Assembly: GCA_944324445.1 (NCBI GenBank)
Contig: CALUWL010000002.1
Coordinates: 7,868-71,867, forward strand
DNA length: 64,000 nucleotides
Direction: 5' to 3'
DNA from: Candidatus Gastranaerophilales bacterium
GTDB lineage: Bacteria; Cyanobacteriota; Vampirovibrionia; Gastranaerophilales; Gastranaerophilaceae
The position numbers were made by a program, and so were the translations under genes. The notes beneath the pieces are model-generated. The model did no database searches. It saw only the letters and a program-made list of their open reading frames with translations, and was not told the DNA's origin. Below, piece after piece: positions 42,290 to 52,951 of the stretch (within the stretch, counting starts at the first letter, position 1; every line of letters starts with the position of its first letter).

Positions 42290-42952
42290 TTATTGTCCTT
42301 TGATGTCATCAATTGTTTGTTTTGCATATTCGTAAGCTTTTTTTGCAAGATTACCTTCGCTTAAAGTATTTAGTGCGGCAGCAGATTTAGCCGCTTGTAC
42401 GGCATCATCCACCACATTCGAAGCTCCATCACTTTCACTTTCACCGCTTCCTTCGGTTTCACCGCTTCCTTCGGTGTCTCCGCCTTCTCCATCTCCTTCA
42501 CCTTCTGAACCACCCGAAGCTTCAGTTAAATAATAGACATTTGTAATAGATGAAAGTGGGAAATATCTATCACCAACAAAAACACTTGCCCCGTTTGCAT
42601 CAGAAAAATCCACACCTTCGACTATTCCAATAGCAGCTTGACCATCTACTTCAACTCTAACACATTGACCAAGCAGAGAATTAGCCTGATAAATGTTTGA
42701 AAAAGATGAAAACGTACTTGTTAAAGCTTCCATCTGCTCTAATGTTGCAAATTGAGCTTCTTGCGCTAACATTTCGGAGTTATCCATAGGATTCATAGGA
42801 TCCTGATATTTCAACTGTTCTGTTAACAATCTCAAAAAAGCCTGAGAATTTATAGAAGTTGAAGATTTGGTTTCTGCTGTACTTTTAGAAGCTGCCGCAG
42901 CCATTTGTGAATAATTAGTATTCGCAATTATTTGTTCTGAAACTGTAGCCAT
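42290..42952 (-). CDS. flgD: Flagellar hook assembly/capping protein FlgD with acidic Gly/Glu/Ser C-terminal extension
   Basis: FLRLLTEQLKYQDPMNPMDNSEMLAQEAQFATLEQM is the FlgD N-terminal signature. The tail reads GGSEGEGDGEGGDTEGSGETEGSGESESDG. Confidence 0.85.
   Translation of the reverse strand: MATVSEQIIANTNYSQMAAAASKSTAETKSSTSINSQAFLRLLTEQLKYQDPMNPMDNSEMLAQEAQFATLEQMEALTSTFSSFSNIYQANSLLGQCVRVEVDGQAAIGIVEGVDFSDANGASVFVGDRYFPLSSITNVYYLTEASGGSEGEGDGEGGDTEGSGETEGSGESESDGASNVVDDAVQAAKSAAALNTLSEGNLAKKAYEYAKQTIDDIKGQ
42440..42475 (-). repeat. Perfect 2 x 18-nt tandem repeat inside flgD (encodes TEGSGE TEGSGE)
   Basis: TTCACCGCTTCCTTCGGT at 42440-42457 is repeated exactly at 42458-42475. Confidence 0.85.
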
Positions 42953-42968
42953 ATAACTTTTCCTTTTT

Positions 42969-45623
42969 TTAATTTAGCCCGTAATTTATTGTCTTATTAA
43001 GTACACCTGAAAAATCCTTGGCAAAATGGTAATCATAATTAGACATTGCCATAAGAGTTTCCTGCTTATCTTTTTGATTTTGCTCGCCTTCATGATTTTG
43101 ATTATTGAAATTATTGCGTCCTTCTTGGCTATTTTGCCCCAAATTGTCTTGATTTCCTTGATAATTAGAACTTCCATCTTGACCTGCGGTTTTTATTTGG
43201 ATATTGTTTACATTTATACCTGCATCAGTCAATTGCTGCCTTAAAGTTTGAATATTTTTCTCAATATATTGTCTTACGTCTTCATTTTGCGCCAAAATAT
43301 TGGTCGTTAATCCAAGATTATCCGAAACTAATTCAATAGAAAGTCTTCCAAGATCATTGGGTCTTAAAACAAGAGTAAGTTTTTGCGCTGAAGCATCTTT
43401 CATTTGAGTTAATTTATCACCAATTTGATTCATTAAATCGCTGTTTTCAAGCTGATTTAATATTGGATTTTGCAGTGTTTGCGCTCCTTTTATCATTTGA
43501 GCTGCATTTTTTATAACTGCAACATTACCGGATGCGCTATCATATAAAACACTTCCTTTAAAAGTAGTGTCTGTTTTTAAAACCCCAACATCATCCATAG
43601 CAAGTCTTACAACTTCGTCGCTAACTGATAAAGTACCGGAATTTTCGGGTATTGTAGAAAAATCTATATCAAGAAGAATATCCTCTTTGATTTCTGTTAT
43701 AAAACTATCTTTTTTTACAGACACAGTTTTTTCTTGGATATCATAATCATCAGTTGTTTCAATGTCTTCTTTTAATTCAACTTTTCCTTCCAATAAATCA
43801 TCTTGTGTTTGATTTTGAAAATCATTTTGATTATTTAAAAACTCATTTGAAGAATTATTATTTTCACCTTGTTTTTCAAAAACATCCGAAATATCTATAG
43901 TATTTGATTCATTTTTTATATTTTGAACATTTGATGTCTTGTCTGAAGCTATAACATCAACATCTGCATCACTAGAATTTACATCTATGGTTTTTATTTC
44001 ATGATTTATTTGCGTCTGAACAGCAGCAATTTGTTCACCCAATTTTTGAAAATCGAAATCCGCTTGCTGAACTACATCATCTTTTTGAACATTATCCAAC
44101 TGCTCTAAAATATCTTTTATGTTATCTTTTAAAGATTGTGAAATATTTAAATCATCCTCTGAATTTTGAAATTCGTTAAATATATCCAAAACATCTTTAA
44201 TTAAAGTTTCATCAACTGAATTTATATCAATATCAGATAAATCAATATCTTTTAATACCTCATTTAATTTATTATTTAATTGACTCAACTTTTCAGTTTC
44301 AAAAGAATTATTTTGAAAATCAGTTTTAACCGTATTTTCATCATTTTGTACATCTTTTAAAATATCAGAAATTGCCGAAAGATTTTCTTTTAAAGATTTA
44401 ACATCAACATCTTTTGATAAATTTATATCAACTTCAATATCATCCAGCGTAGTTTTTAATTCATCAATTGCTATATTTAAATCTTCAAGACTATATGTGC
44501 TATTCTCATCAGCATTTGAAGGTAATTTTTCAATCACATTATCAAGCGCTTGAGAAATTTTTTCCGAATTATCAATTTTATCAGTTTTCAAAATTTCTTT
44601 AAATTTATCCAAAACTTTATTTATTTCAGAAAAATCCTTTAATTCTATATCTTGAGATGAAATTTCAACAGATTCAATAGATGCGTCATCTGATACTTCG
44701 CTATTTGAATCCGCAATTTTTGAAACCAAGTCGTTAAATTCAGTAATTAAATTATCAAAATCACTTTTTACAACATCAGTTTCTATTAAATCTTTCGCTT
44801 TATCAAGCAGCAAGGATAAATTTTCCTTATTTTGCTCAGATAAATTTGATTCATCTAAAATATTTGAAATATCTTCAACAATTTCAACAGCATCATTCGG
44901 GCTTTCAATTTTAGAGATGATATCTTCAGTCTTTTGTATCAAGTCTTCAATCTGTGCTTGATTTTGTCCAACACCGGTTAGCGGCAATACAGTGGTCGAA
45001 GCGATTTTATCAGTATCGATATCTTCACTTAATTCAATATCTTCTTCTGTAGTTTCTTCGTAAAGAAAAACCGGTGATGACTCTACTTGCGAGCTATTAT
45101 TTATGTCCGTTTGATTATCAACGTCTTTTTCAATTTCAACTTCATTAACTGTTTTATTTGAATCAGTTATTTTATCTGAATTATTTACTGATGTATCATC
45201 TGTTACGGTTTCTTTATTTTCACTTGTATCAACAACATTTTTTTTGCTATTAGAATTTTTTATAACCCCATCAACGTTGTTTGCTTTAGACGAATCCTTA
45301 ACATCAGTCAGGGATTTATCTTTTGTTTTAACATTTTGCAACTGAGAGCCTTTAGAATCAACTTCAATTTTTGAAATTGTGCTATCTTTTGAATTATCTT
45401 TGGATAATGCTTTTTTATTAATTGAACTTGTATTTGTTTTGATTGCTTTTTCAACAAAATTTGTCTGTACTTTTTGGGTACGCGCACTTAAATTATTCAA
45501 TAAATTTGAAAAATTAGATTTCTCTGCTTTATCAGAATAATTTGAAACATTATTACCGTTTAACATTGTATTTATAATAATGTCATTTGGATTTTCATTA
45601 TTCTGCACAACTGCGTTTGTCAT
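42969..45623 (-). CDS. fliK: Flagellar hook-length control protein FliK (unusually long, 884 aa)
   Basis: The C-terminal Flg_hook-type domain reads LTLVLRPNDLGRLSIELVSDNLGLTTNILAQNEDVRQYIEKNIQTLRQQL. It sits between fliJ and flgD. A long acidic D/E/N/S-rich spacer is present. Confidence 0.75.
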   Translation of the reverse strand: MTNAVVQNNENPNDIIINTMLNGNNVSNYSDKAEKSNFSNLLNNLSARTQKVQTNFVEKAIKTNTSSINKKALSKDNSKDSTISKIEVDSKGSQLQNVKTKDKSLTDVKDSSKANNVDGVIKNSNSKKNVVDTSENKETVTDDTSVNNSDKITDSNKTVNEVEIEKDVDNQTDINNSSQVESSPVFLYEETTEEDIELSEDIDTDKIASTTVLPLTGVGQNQAQIEDLIQKTEDIISKIESPNDAVEIVEDISNILDESNLSEQNKENLSLLLDKAKDLIETDVVKSDFDNLITEFNDLVSKIADSNSEVSDDASIESVEISSQDIELKDFSEINKVLDKFKEILKTDKIDNSEKISQALDNVIEKLPSNADENSTYSLEDLNIAIDELKTTLDDIEVDINLSKDVDVKSLKENLSAISDILKDVQNDENTVKTDFQNNSFETEKLSQLNNKLNEVLKDIDLSDIDINSVDETLIKDVLDIFNEFQNSEDDLNISQSLKDNIKDILEQLDNVQKDDVVQQADFDFQKLGEQIAAVQTQINHEIKTIDVNSSDADVDVIASDKTSNVQNIKNESNTIDISDVFEKQGENNNSSNEFLNNQNDFQNQTQDDLLEGKVELKEDIETTDDYDIQEKTVSVKKDSFITEIKEDILLDIDFSTIPENSGTLSVSDEVVRLAMDDVGVLKTDTTFKGSVLYDSASGNVAVIKNAAQMIKGAQTLQNPILNQLENSDLMNQIGDKLTQMKDASAQKLTLVLRPNDLGRLSIELVSDNLGLTTNILAQNEDVRQYIEKNIQTLRQQLTDAGINVNNIQIKTAGQDGSSNYQGNQDNLGQNSQEGRNNFNNQNHEGEQNQKDKQETLMAMSNYDYHFAKDFSGVLNKTINYGLN

Positions 45624-45641
45624 TTTTCCCCTTAAAAGTTT

Positions 45642-46085
45642 TTAAACTGCTTTTCTTCTTGAATTTACGATATCATCGATTTCTTTTACTTCCTGTTGTA
45701 AAAATTCTCTATCGTAATCCTCTTTTTGTTTTTGCTTCAAGTTTTCCAAGGATTTTACCTTTATATATGCCAGACGTGCAGCTTCTTGTGCCTTTAATAA
45801 ATCTTTATAAGTTTCAGCCATTATTTTTTCTTGTGATTTAATATCCTGAGTTAACTTATACGAAAAAGAATTAAAATTCGAAATCATTTCGGGATTAAAT
45901 TCCCCTTCATTAAGATACTTTTCCGACTCCTTCTGAATGCAAACCAATTCAAAATTCATCTCATCAAGAACATCTTTTTGTCTGTTGTATATATTCATTA
46001 CGGAAGCAAGCTGTATCCTTGCATCATCAAGTGCCTTTTTCCTTACGACAAGGACACTTTCAAGGTTAAACTTAAACCTCCTCAA
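45642..46085 (-). CDS. fliJ: Flagellar export chaperone/stalk protein FliJ
   Basis: 147-aa all-helical protein. MRRFKFNLESVLVVRKKALDDARIQL resembles the FliJ N-terminus of Bacillus-type proteins. It lies immediately upstream of fliK. Confidence 0.7.
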   Translation of the reverse strand: MRRFKFNLESVLVVRKKALDDARIQLASVMNIYNRQKDVLDEMNFELVCIQKESEKYLNEGEFNPEMISNFNSFSYKLTQDIKSQEKIMAETYKDLLKAQEAARLAYIKVKSLENLKQKQKEDYDREFLQQEVKEIDDIVNSRRKAV

Positions 46086-46210
46086 CTAATTTCTATCCCC
46101 ATAAAACTTATTAACACATGTAAGGATACTTAAATTGGGGTTTTTAATCATCATCTAATTTATTGAAAAACTTTAGCAATTTTTTAAAAAAATAGTCTGT
46201 TTGGTTGAAT

Positions 46211-46239
46211 AAAAAATAACCCCTTATTAAAGGGGTTAT
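46211..46239 (-). terminator. Rho-independent terminator after atpC
   Basis: ATAACCCCT (46216-46224) pairs with AGGGGTTAT (46231-46239), with a 6-nt loop. A T-run follows on the minus strand (complement of 46211-46215). Confidence 0.7.
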
Positions 46240-46241
46240 TT

Positions 46242-46661
46242 TTAAAATTTCTTTTCTTTGGCTGAAATTCTTGCTATAGCTTTAGCAAGAGCTATTTGAA
46301 CACGAACAATATCTAAATTTTCATCTTTAGCCTTTAATCTTGCCTCAGCTCTTTGTTTTGCTTGTATTGCTCTTGCAATATCTATATCACAGTCAAGCTC
46401 TGCTATATCCGTTAAAATTGTCGCTTTATTATTTGCAAATTGTAAAATTCCGCCCATTGTAGCAATGCATTGGGCAACTTTATCTTTTACAACTTTTGTA
46501 ACTCCAACGTTTAAAGCACAAATCACCGGTATGTGATTTTTTAATATTCCAAGTCTGCCATCTGTAGCTTGAACATATAACTCATCAATATCATCTTCAT
46601 AGACAATTTTTTCATGAGTTATTACTTTAAAATGAATTTTTTCATTTAATAATTCGCTCAT
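46242..46661 (-). CDS. atpC: F0F1 ATP synthase epsilon subunit
   Basis: 139 aa with a beta-sandwich N-terminus and a helical-hairpin C-terminus (RAEARLKAKDENLDIVRVQIALAKAIARI). It lies 2 nt after atpD. Confidence 0.85.
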   Translation of the reverse strand: MSELLNEKIHFKVITHEKIVYEDDIDELYVQATDGRLGILKNHIPVICALNVGVTKVVKDKVAQCIATMGGILQFANNKATILTDIAELDCDIDIARAIQAKQRAEARLKAKDENLDIVRVQIALAKAIARISAKEKKF

Positions 46662-46663
46662 TT

Positions 46664-48085
<1,422 letters not shown>

Positions 48086-48171
48086 TTAACACAGTATCAG
48101 ATACTAAAAATTATAACCAAATTAATTCTCTATGAATTTTTTTTTAAACAATTTCAACTGTTTGTATGAAA

Positions 48172-48909
48172 TCATCCACCCATATAAAAAAGAACACCTA
48201 TTATTAAATCGGCGCAAAGAATATAAATTGTACATAATATCGCTGATTTTGTGGTTGATTCACCAACGTTTTTAGCCCCTCCTCTTGTATTATAGCCGAC
48301 TGTAGCACATACAAGAGCAATTAAAGCACCAAAAATCAAACCTTTCAAAAGACTAACGTACACATCTTTCATAACAAGCATAAGCCAAACAGAATTAAAA
48401 TATCTTATAGGATGAAGCCCGATTGAAAAATATGAAACTATAGCGCCACCCAAAACACCTATTAATTCAGCAAGCAAAACTATACAAAAACAACTTAGAG
48501 CACCTGCCAGTATTCTCGGTGCAAAATAGTAGCCTATGGAATCAACCTTTAAAACCTCAATAGCATCAATTTGATTAGTTACCTGCATATTTGCAACTTG
48601 AGCAGTTATTGCAGTTCCTGCCCTAGCAGCAAGAGCCAACGCCGCAAAACCCGGAGCAATTTCTCTAATTAAAGCAACAGTTAAAAATCCGCCGATATAG
48701 CTATCTCCGCCTGACATCAAAAACTGTTTGGCAACTTGAAGTGCAATAACGCAAGCTGAAATAAAAACAATAGAAAGACAAATTCCCAAAGAATCAAAAC
48801 CAATTGCTGCCGCTTGCGAAACTACACCCGAAAGGCGAACATTTCCCTTAAGAGTGTATTTGGTTGCTTGAATAAAATTCTGTACACATTGACCTAAAAA
48901 ACTTATCAC
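48172..48909 (-). CDS. mlaE: MlaE/Ttg2B-family ABC transporter permease (lipid asymmetry maintenance)
   Basis: LTVALIREIAPGFAALALAARAGTAITAQVANMQVTNQIDAIEVLKVD is the conserved MlaE core. A GTG start is inferred. Confidence 0.8.
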   Translation of the reverse strand: MISFLGQCVQNFIQATKYTLKGNVRLSGVVSQAAAIGFDSLGICLSIVFISACVIALQVAKQFLMSGGDSYIGGFLTVALIREIAPGFAALALAARAGTAITAQVANMQVTNQIDAIEVLKVDSIGYYFAPRILAGALSCFCIVLLAELIGVLGGAIVSYFSIGLHPIRYFNSVWLMLVMKDVYVSLLKGLIFGALIALVCATVGYNTRGGAKNVGESTTKSAILCTIYILCADLIIGVLFYMGG

Positions 48910-48978
48910 AACTCGTATTATATCTGCTTGAAATAAAAAAAGCTAGATTTTTAACTTTATTTTTAATAAAATACAACT

Positions 48979-50508
48979 ATGATAGTATTTGATACATTAT
49001 TTTCATTATTAATAATTTACCTTTTTATTTATTGTATTTATCAATTGTTTTTCTTTATTAAAGCAAACGACATTGAGAAATACTTTGAAATTCATGAAAA
49101 AACAAGAAGCATTGTAATTGAAAAGAACAGACTTTGCGTAGTTATTTATGCTACCCATAAAAATAAAAATCTTGATAAATTATTAAATGTTTTAAATAAT
49201 CAAAGCTACCCAAAAGAAAACTACGAAGTCCATGTTGCCTATAAAAAAGAAGAAAACGACACAACTTTAAACAGAGATTTTGCACTGGGTGCAAGAATAC
49301 ACAATATTCAAAATCCTGACTACTTTTCAAAAGATAGAGCTATAAATTTACTAATTAATAAAATACTTCCGGAAAATAAATTTGATGCTTTTATATTTTT
49401 GGGAGCAGACAGGATGGTTGGAGAAAAATATCTGGAAAATATTAATAAATCTTTAACCAAAAATTGTGTTCTAGTGGGTTCAAAAGTATCAGTAAATGAA
49501 AAAAATCAACTTGCAAAAAGAATCAAAAACTCAATAATCTCTGCTTATTTAAAATACATAAACAGAACAAACAGCATCGCAAGATCAATGTTCAATCTCC
49601 CGTTTTTTATAGACGGCGACAACCTTGTTATAACATCTGACGTACTTGAAAAAATCGGATATGTTACCCTTGAAGACAAGGATTCTGAGCTCGAATATTC
49701 TCTTGAACTTGCTTCAAATGAAATAAAATCAATATATTGCCCCTATATCATAACCGCAGTCGATGTTAAAAATTATGATTTTTCATCACCTTCAATAAAA
49801 AACAAAATTTCATTATTTTCTCATTATTTCCCCTTGTTGGCGTTTAAAAGTAATTCATTTAAGGAATTTATGGTTTTCCTTTTAAAACCAAACTCTCTTT
49901 TTGTATTGTTTAGCTTTATATTTTTAATGTGGTTAAGCATATTTCATCCAAATCACGTTGCAGAAAGGCTTGTGTGTTTGCTTGGAGTATTTTTGATTAT
50001 TAATTTTATAATCTCAATTAATGTATCAAAAATGCAAATAAAAGAAATATTTTGGCTAATGTTATATCCTTTCTGTTTAACTTGGCAAAAAACAAAAATT
50101 TTAATTAACAATCTTACGATGCGCTCAATTATAGATAGCCGCTATGAAGAAGAAAACATAAACTCAGCAACAATAAATGCCGTAGTTAATAACGGTAAAA
50201 AAGATTTCATCTGCAAACTGGATTTGGTTTCAGAAGACGGTATGAGAAAAGTTGTCTTTAGAGAAGGAAATCGTTTTATTGTTACAGATTCATATTTAAG
50301 AATGCACGATGCACTTGAAGATATGACTTATAAATTAAAATCAAAAGGAATGACATTAAAAACCTGCCAAAACTGCCAACATTTTACTCTCTGTCCCGAT
50401 GGCACTCTAGATTGCTTAAACGGAAAATGTCAAATATCCCAAAATGAAATTTTAATTTGGAACGGTTGCCAATATTTTCATCTACACCCTAATAAAAAAG
50501 ATTTTTAA
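48979..50508 (+). CDS. Membrane-embedded GT2-like glycosyltransferase with Cys-rich C-terminal domain
   Basis: An N-terminal TM helix, then a GT2-like segment CVVIYATHKNKNLDKLLNVLNNQSYPKENYEVHV, then several TM helices. The C-terminus reads CQNCQHFTLCPDGTLDCLNGKCQ...WNGCQYF. Confidence 0.55.
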   Translation: MIVFDTLFSLLIIYLFIYCIYQLFFFIKANDIEKYFEIHEKTRSIVIEKNRLCVVIYATHKNKNLDKLLNVLNNQSYPKENYEVHVAYKKEENDTTLNRDFALGARIHNIQNPDYFSKDRAINLLINKILPENKFDAFIFLGADRMVGEKYLENINKSLTKNCVLVGSKVSVNEKNQLAKRIKNSIISAYLKYINRTNSIARSMFNLPFFIDGDNLVITSDVLEKIGYVTLEDKDSELEYSLELASNEIKSIYCPYIITAVDVKNYDFSSPSIKNKISLFSHYFPLLAFKSNSFKEFMVFLLKPNSLFVLFSFIFLMWLSIFHPNHVAERLVCLLGVFLIINFIISINVSKMQIKEIFWLMLYPFCLTWQKTKILINNLTMRSIIDSRYEEENINSATINAVVNNGKKDFICKLDLVSEDGMRKVVFREGNRFIVTDSYLRMHDALEDMTYKLKSKGMTLKTCQNCQHFTLCPDGTLDCLNGKCQISQNEILIWNGCQYFHLHPNKKDF

Positions 50509-51668
50509 TGAATTGTTTTTTCATTAGGATTACCAGCATTTAACAAATAGTACAATTTATATAAACTACTTGTAAAAAATCTTTTTTGATTTTCATCTTG
50601 TACATATTTATCCGTTTCACCAATAGGTATATATTTTTCTTCGCTGCTAACTCCGTTTTTTATATCTAACCCCAAATATATATTTTCATTCAAATACTGC
50701 AAAGGGGTTTGAGAATATTTATACCAGTCATTAAAGTTTTTTATTGCATTTTCTGCACTAAAACCATTAGCTGCATTTTCTTCTCTTTCGATTGAAACCT
50801 GTAATATTTTATAAATCAATCCTTTAAAAAATAAAAACGTATTATAATTAATACTAAAATCATCTATTTCTTCTTGTACAACAGAAAAAAGTTCCTTCAT
50901 AACTCCACAAACAAATCTATATTTATCATCATCAATTACTGAATCTTTATTTGAAATTAGGCCTGCTATAAAAGCTGTATCAGCTTGAGAATCAGCATGT
51001 GCAATATTTAATATATTTGCCAGTTTTATTATATTACTTGCATTTAATGATTGCTTATCTTCGTTTAAACAATACTTAACAACATCAAAATATGCTTCAT
51101 CCGGAGAAACTTTTTCACTGCGAGAAATCATATATGTGCCAACAAAAGATGCTATTGAAATATTCATCTCGCCGTCATCATTTGAAATATCGTATAATCT
51201 TTTAATATCTCGTTTATCCAAGCCTTTTGTTAACAATATAAAAGTAACATCAACAAAAGAATCCATTTCATCTTGTGTAACTGAAATGTTATCTTGGTTA
51301 TCTTTTAAATATTTCAAAACCTCTAACGTAGAATCAGCTATAATAGAAGAATAATTATCACCTGCATAATCTTTAACATCGCCCAATTTACTTTCTGCAG
51401 AAGCTAAAGTCCTAACGAACAATCGTTCCATTTTGGTATCATAATTACCTTTATCATCCAACAAAAGCTCACGAATGATTTTTTCTTGCTGGTTTTTATC
51501 TTCAACCACACTTAAAAAAGCCTTGCTTGGTTTAACATCTTTTAGAGAAGATTGAAAACTGTCTTCAATTCCTTTAAAATTAATAAAAGTCGGTCTTATA
51601 TTGTTTTTATTAGAACTTACACTATAGTTTTTTAAAATATTAATTTGCGATATCCTCATATTTTGCAC
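50505..51668 (-). CDS. Hypothetical protein, no recognised domain
   Basis: 387-aa ORF with no TM or signal sequence. Mostly helical, acidic composition. Confidence 0.5.
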   Translation of the reverse strand: MQNMRISQINILKNYSVSSNKNNIRPTFINFKGIEDSFQSSLKDVKPSKAFLSVVEDKNQQEKIIRELLLDDKGNYDTKMERLFVRTLASAESKLGDVKDYAGDNYSSIIADSTLEVLKYLKDNQDNISVTQDEMDSFVDVTFILLTKGLDKRDIKRLYDISNDDGEMNISIASFVGTYMISRSEKVSPDEAYFDVVKYCLNEDKQSLNASNIIKLANILNIAHADSQADTAFIAGLISNKDSVIDDDKYRFVCGVMKELFSVVQEEIDDFSINYNTFLFFKGLIYKILQVSIEREENAANGFSAENAIKNFNDWYKYSQTPLQYLNENIYLGLDIKNGVSSEEKYIPIGETDKYVQDENQKRFFTSSLYKLYYLLNAGNPNEKTIH

Positions 51669-51721
51669 CTTTTTTTAGAGTATTTTATACAATTTTAAAA
51701 CCTCTAAAAAAAATAATTTTG

Positions 51722-52951
51722 CTATTTTAATTTTATTTTGCTGAATACTTGCCCCAGCATATATAAAGATCCGCAAAATACTTTTAATTCACTTTGTTTA
51801 TTAATGATTTCTTCAATTTCAGCAATATTATCTAATTTTATAGCTTTCTTTTGATATTTTTCTTCAAGCTCTTTAAATTTTAGTGCATTTGGATAGTTGA
51901 ATTCATAAAAATAAAATTCATCGTCTTGTTTTATTAATATATCAAGCATAGACTTATAATCTTTATTATTCAAACATCCAAAAATAAATATTTTTTTATC
52001 ATTTTTAAACTTTAAATCTAAAAAATGCCTCAAAGTTCTAATGCCTGAAGGATTATGAGCCCCGTCAATTAAAATGTTTTTATCGTTGTGATATTCAAGC
52101 CTAAAGCGCCATTGAACATTTTTTAAAGCTTGTTTTAAAATATCAGATGAAATCTCAACTCCAATTGCATTGACTCCAGCAAGTGCAAGAGCTAAATTAT
52201 CAGCTTGATGAGCCCCTAAAAGATTAAATTCATATTTTTTTGAATTAATGATTGCATAGTTTAAACCATTTTCAAAAACAACTTTAACATCAGGAACCTT
52301 AATGATTTCAGCGTTTTTTTCAAGAGCAGTATTTTTTAAAATATTGTAACCCTTATTTGATTTTAAAAATGCAACCTTAGAATTTTGCTTAATTATTCCT
52401 GCTTTTTGTTGTGCAATTTCATCTATAGTTGACCCCAGTCTTTGAGTATGATCAAAATCAAGCTCTGTTATAATTTCCACCAAGGGTTTTTTAACAACAT
52501 TTGTTGCATCATACAAACCGCCAAGACCAACTTCCAATATAACATATTCAACTTTTTCCAAATAAAAATACTGAAAAGCAACAGCACATAATAATTCAAA
52601 TTCGGTCAATTCAATATCATGTTCTCTTGCGTAATTATCAATTTCATTTATCAATAAATCAAATTGATTATCGGATATGTTTTCATTATTTATTTTAATT
52701 CTCTCTGTATAAGAAAACAGATGAGGACTCGTAAAAAGCCCGATTTTTACATCTGTATCTTTAAATTTTTGAATTAAAATTTCATTTATAATCTTGCTTG
52801 TAGAACCTTTGCCGTTTGTTCCGGCTACATGGATTATCTTGAATTTATCCTGCGGATTATTTAAAAGATTTAAAATTTTACTTATCCTATCAAGTCCCAG
52901 ACTAATATGAAATTTTTTATGAGAAGTTAAAATCTCAGAAGCAATTGTCAT
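51722..52951 (-). CDS. folC: Folylpolyglutamate synthase / dihydrofolate synthase
   Basis: Mur-ligase P-loop HVAGTNGKGST and the FolC-type N-terminus LGLDRISKILNLLNNP. Confidence 0.85.
   Translation of the reverse strand: MTIASEILTSHKKFHISLGLDRISKILNLLNNPQDKFKIIHVAGTNGKGSTSKIINEILIQKFKDTDVKIGLFTSPHLFSYTERIKINNENISDNQFDLLINEIDNYAREHDIELTEFELLCAVAFQYFYLEKVEYVILEVGLGGLYDATNVVKKPLVEIITELDFDHTQRLGSTIDEIAQQKAGIIKQNSKVAFLKSNKGYNILKNTALEKNAEIIKVPDVKVVFENGLNYAIINSKKYEFNLLGAHQADNLALALAGVNAIGVEISSDILKQALKNVQWRFRLEYHNDKNILIDGAHNPSGIRTLRHFLDLKFKNDKKIFIFGCLNNKDYKSMLDILIKQDDEFYFYEFNYPNALKFKELEEKYQKKAIKLDNIAEIEEIINKQSELKVFCGSLYMLGQVFSKIKLK

Noticed and set aside
50505-51668. Apparent shared short motif of I/F-N-F type near protein ends (RPTFINFKG in this ORF, TINFTNN at the N-terminus of 20019..21950, PTNITNFAK at the C-terminus of 39525..40220, SYSFDNFR at the N-terminus of 28076..29668)
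   Set aside because: The motif is too short and degenerate. N, F, I and K are heavily over-represented in this AT-rich proteome, so chance cannot be excluded without statistics.
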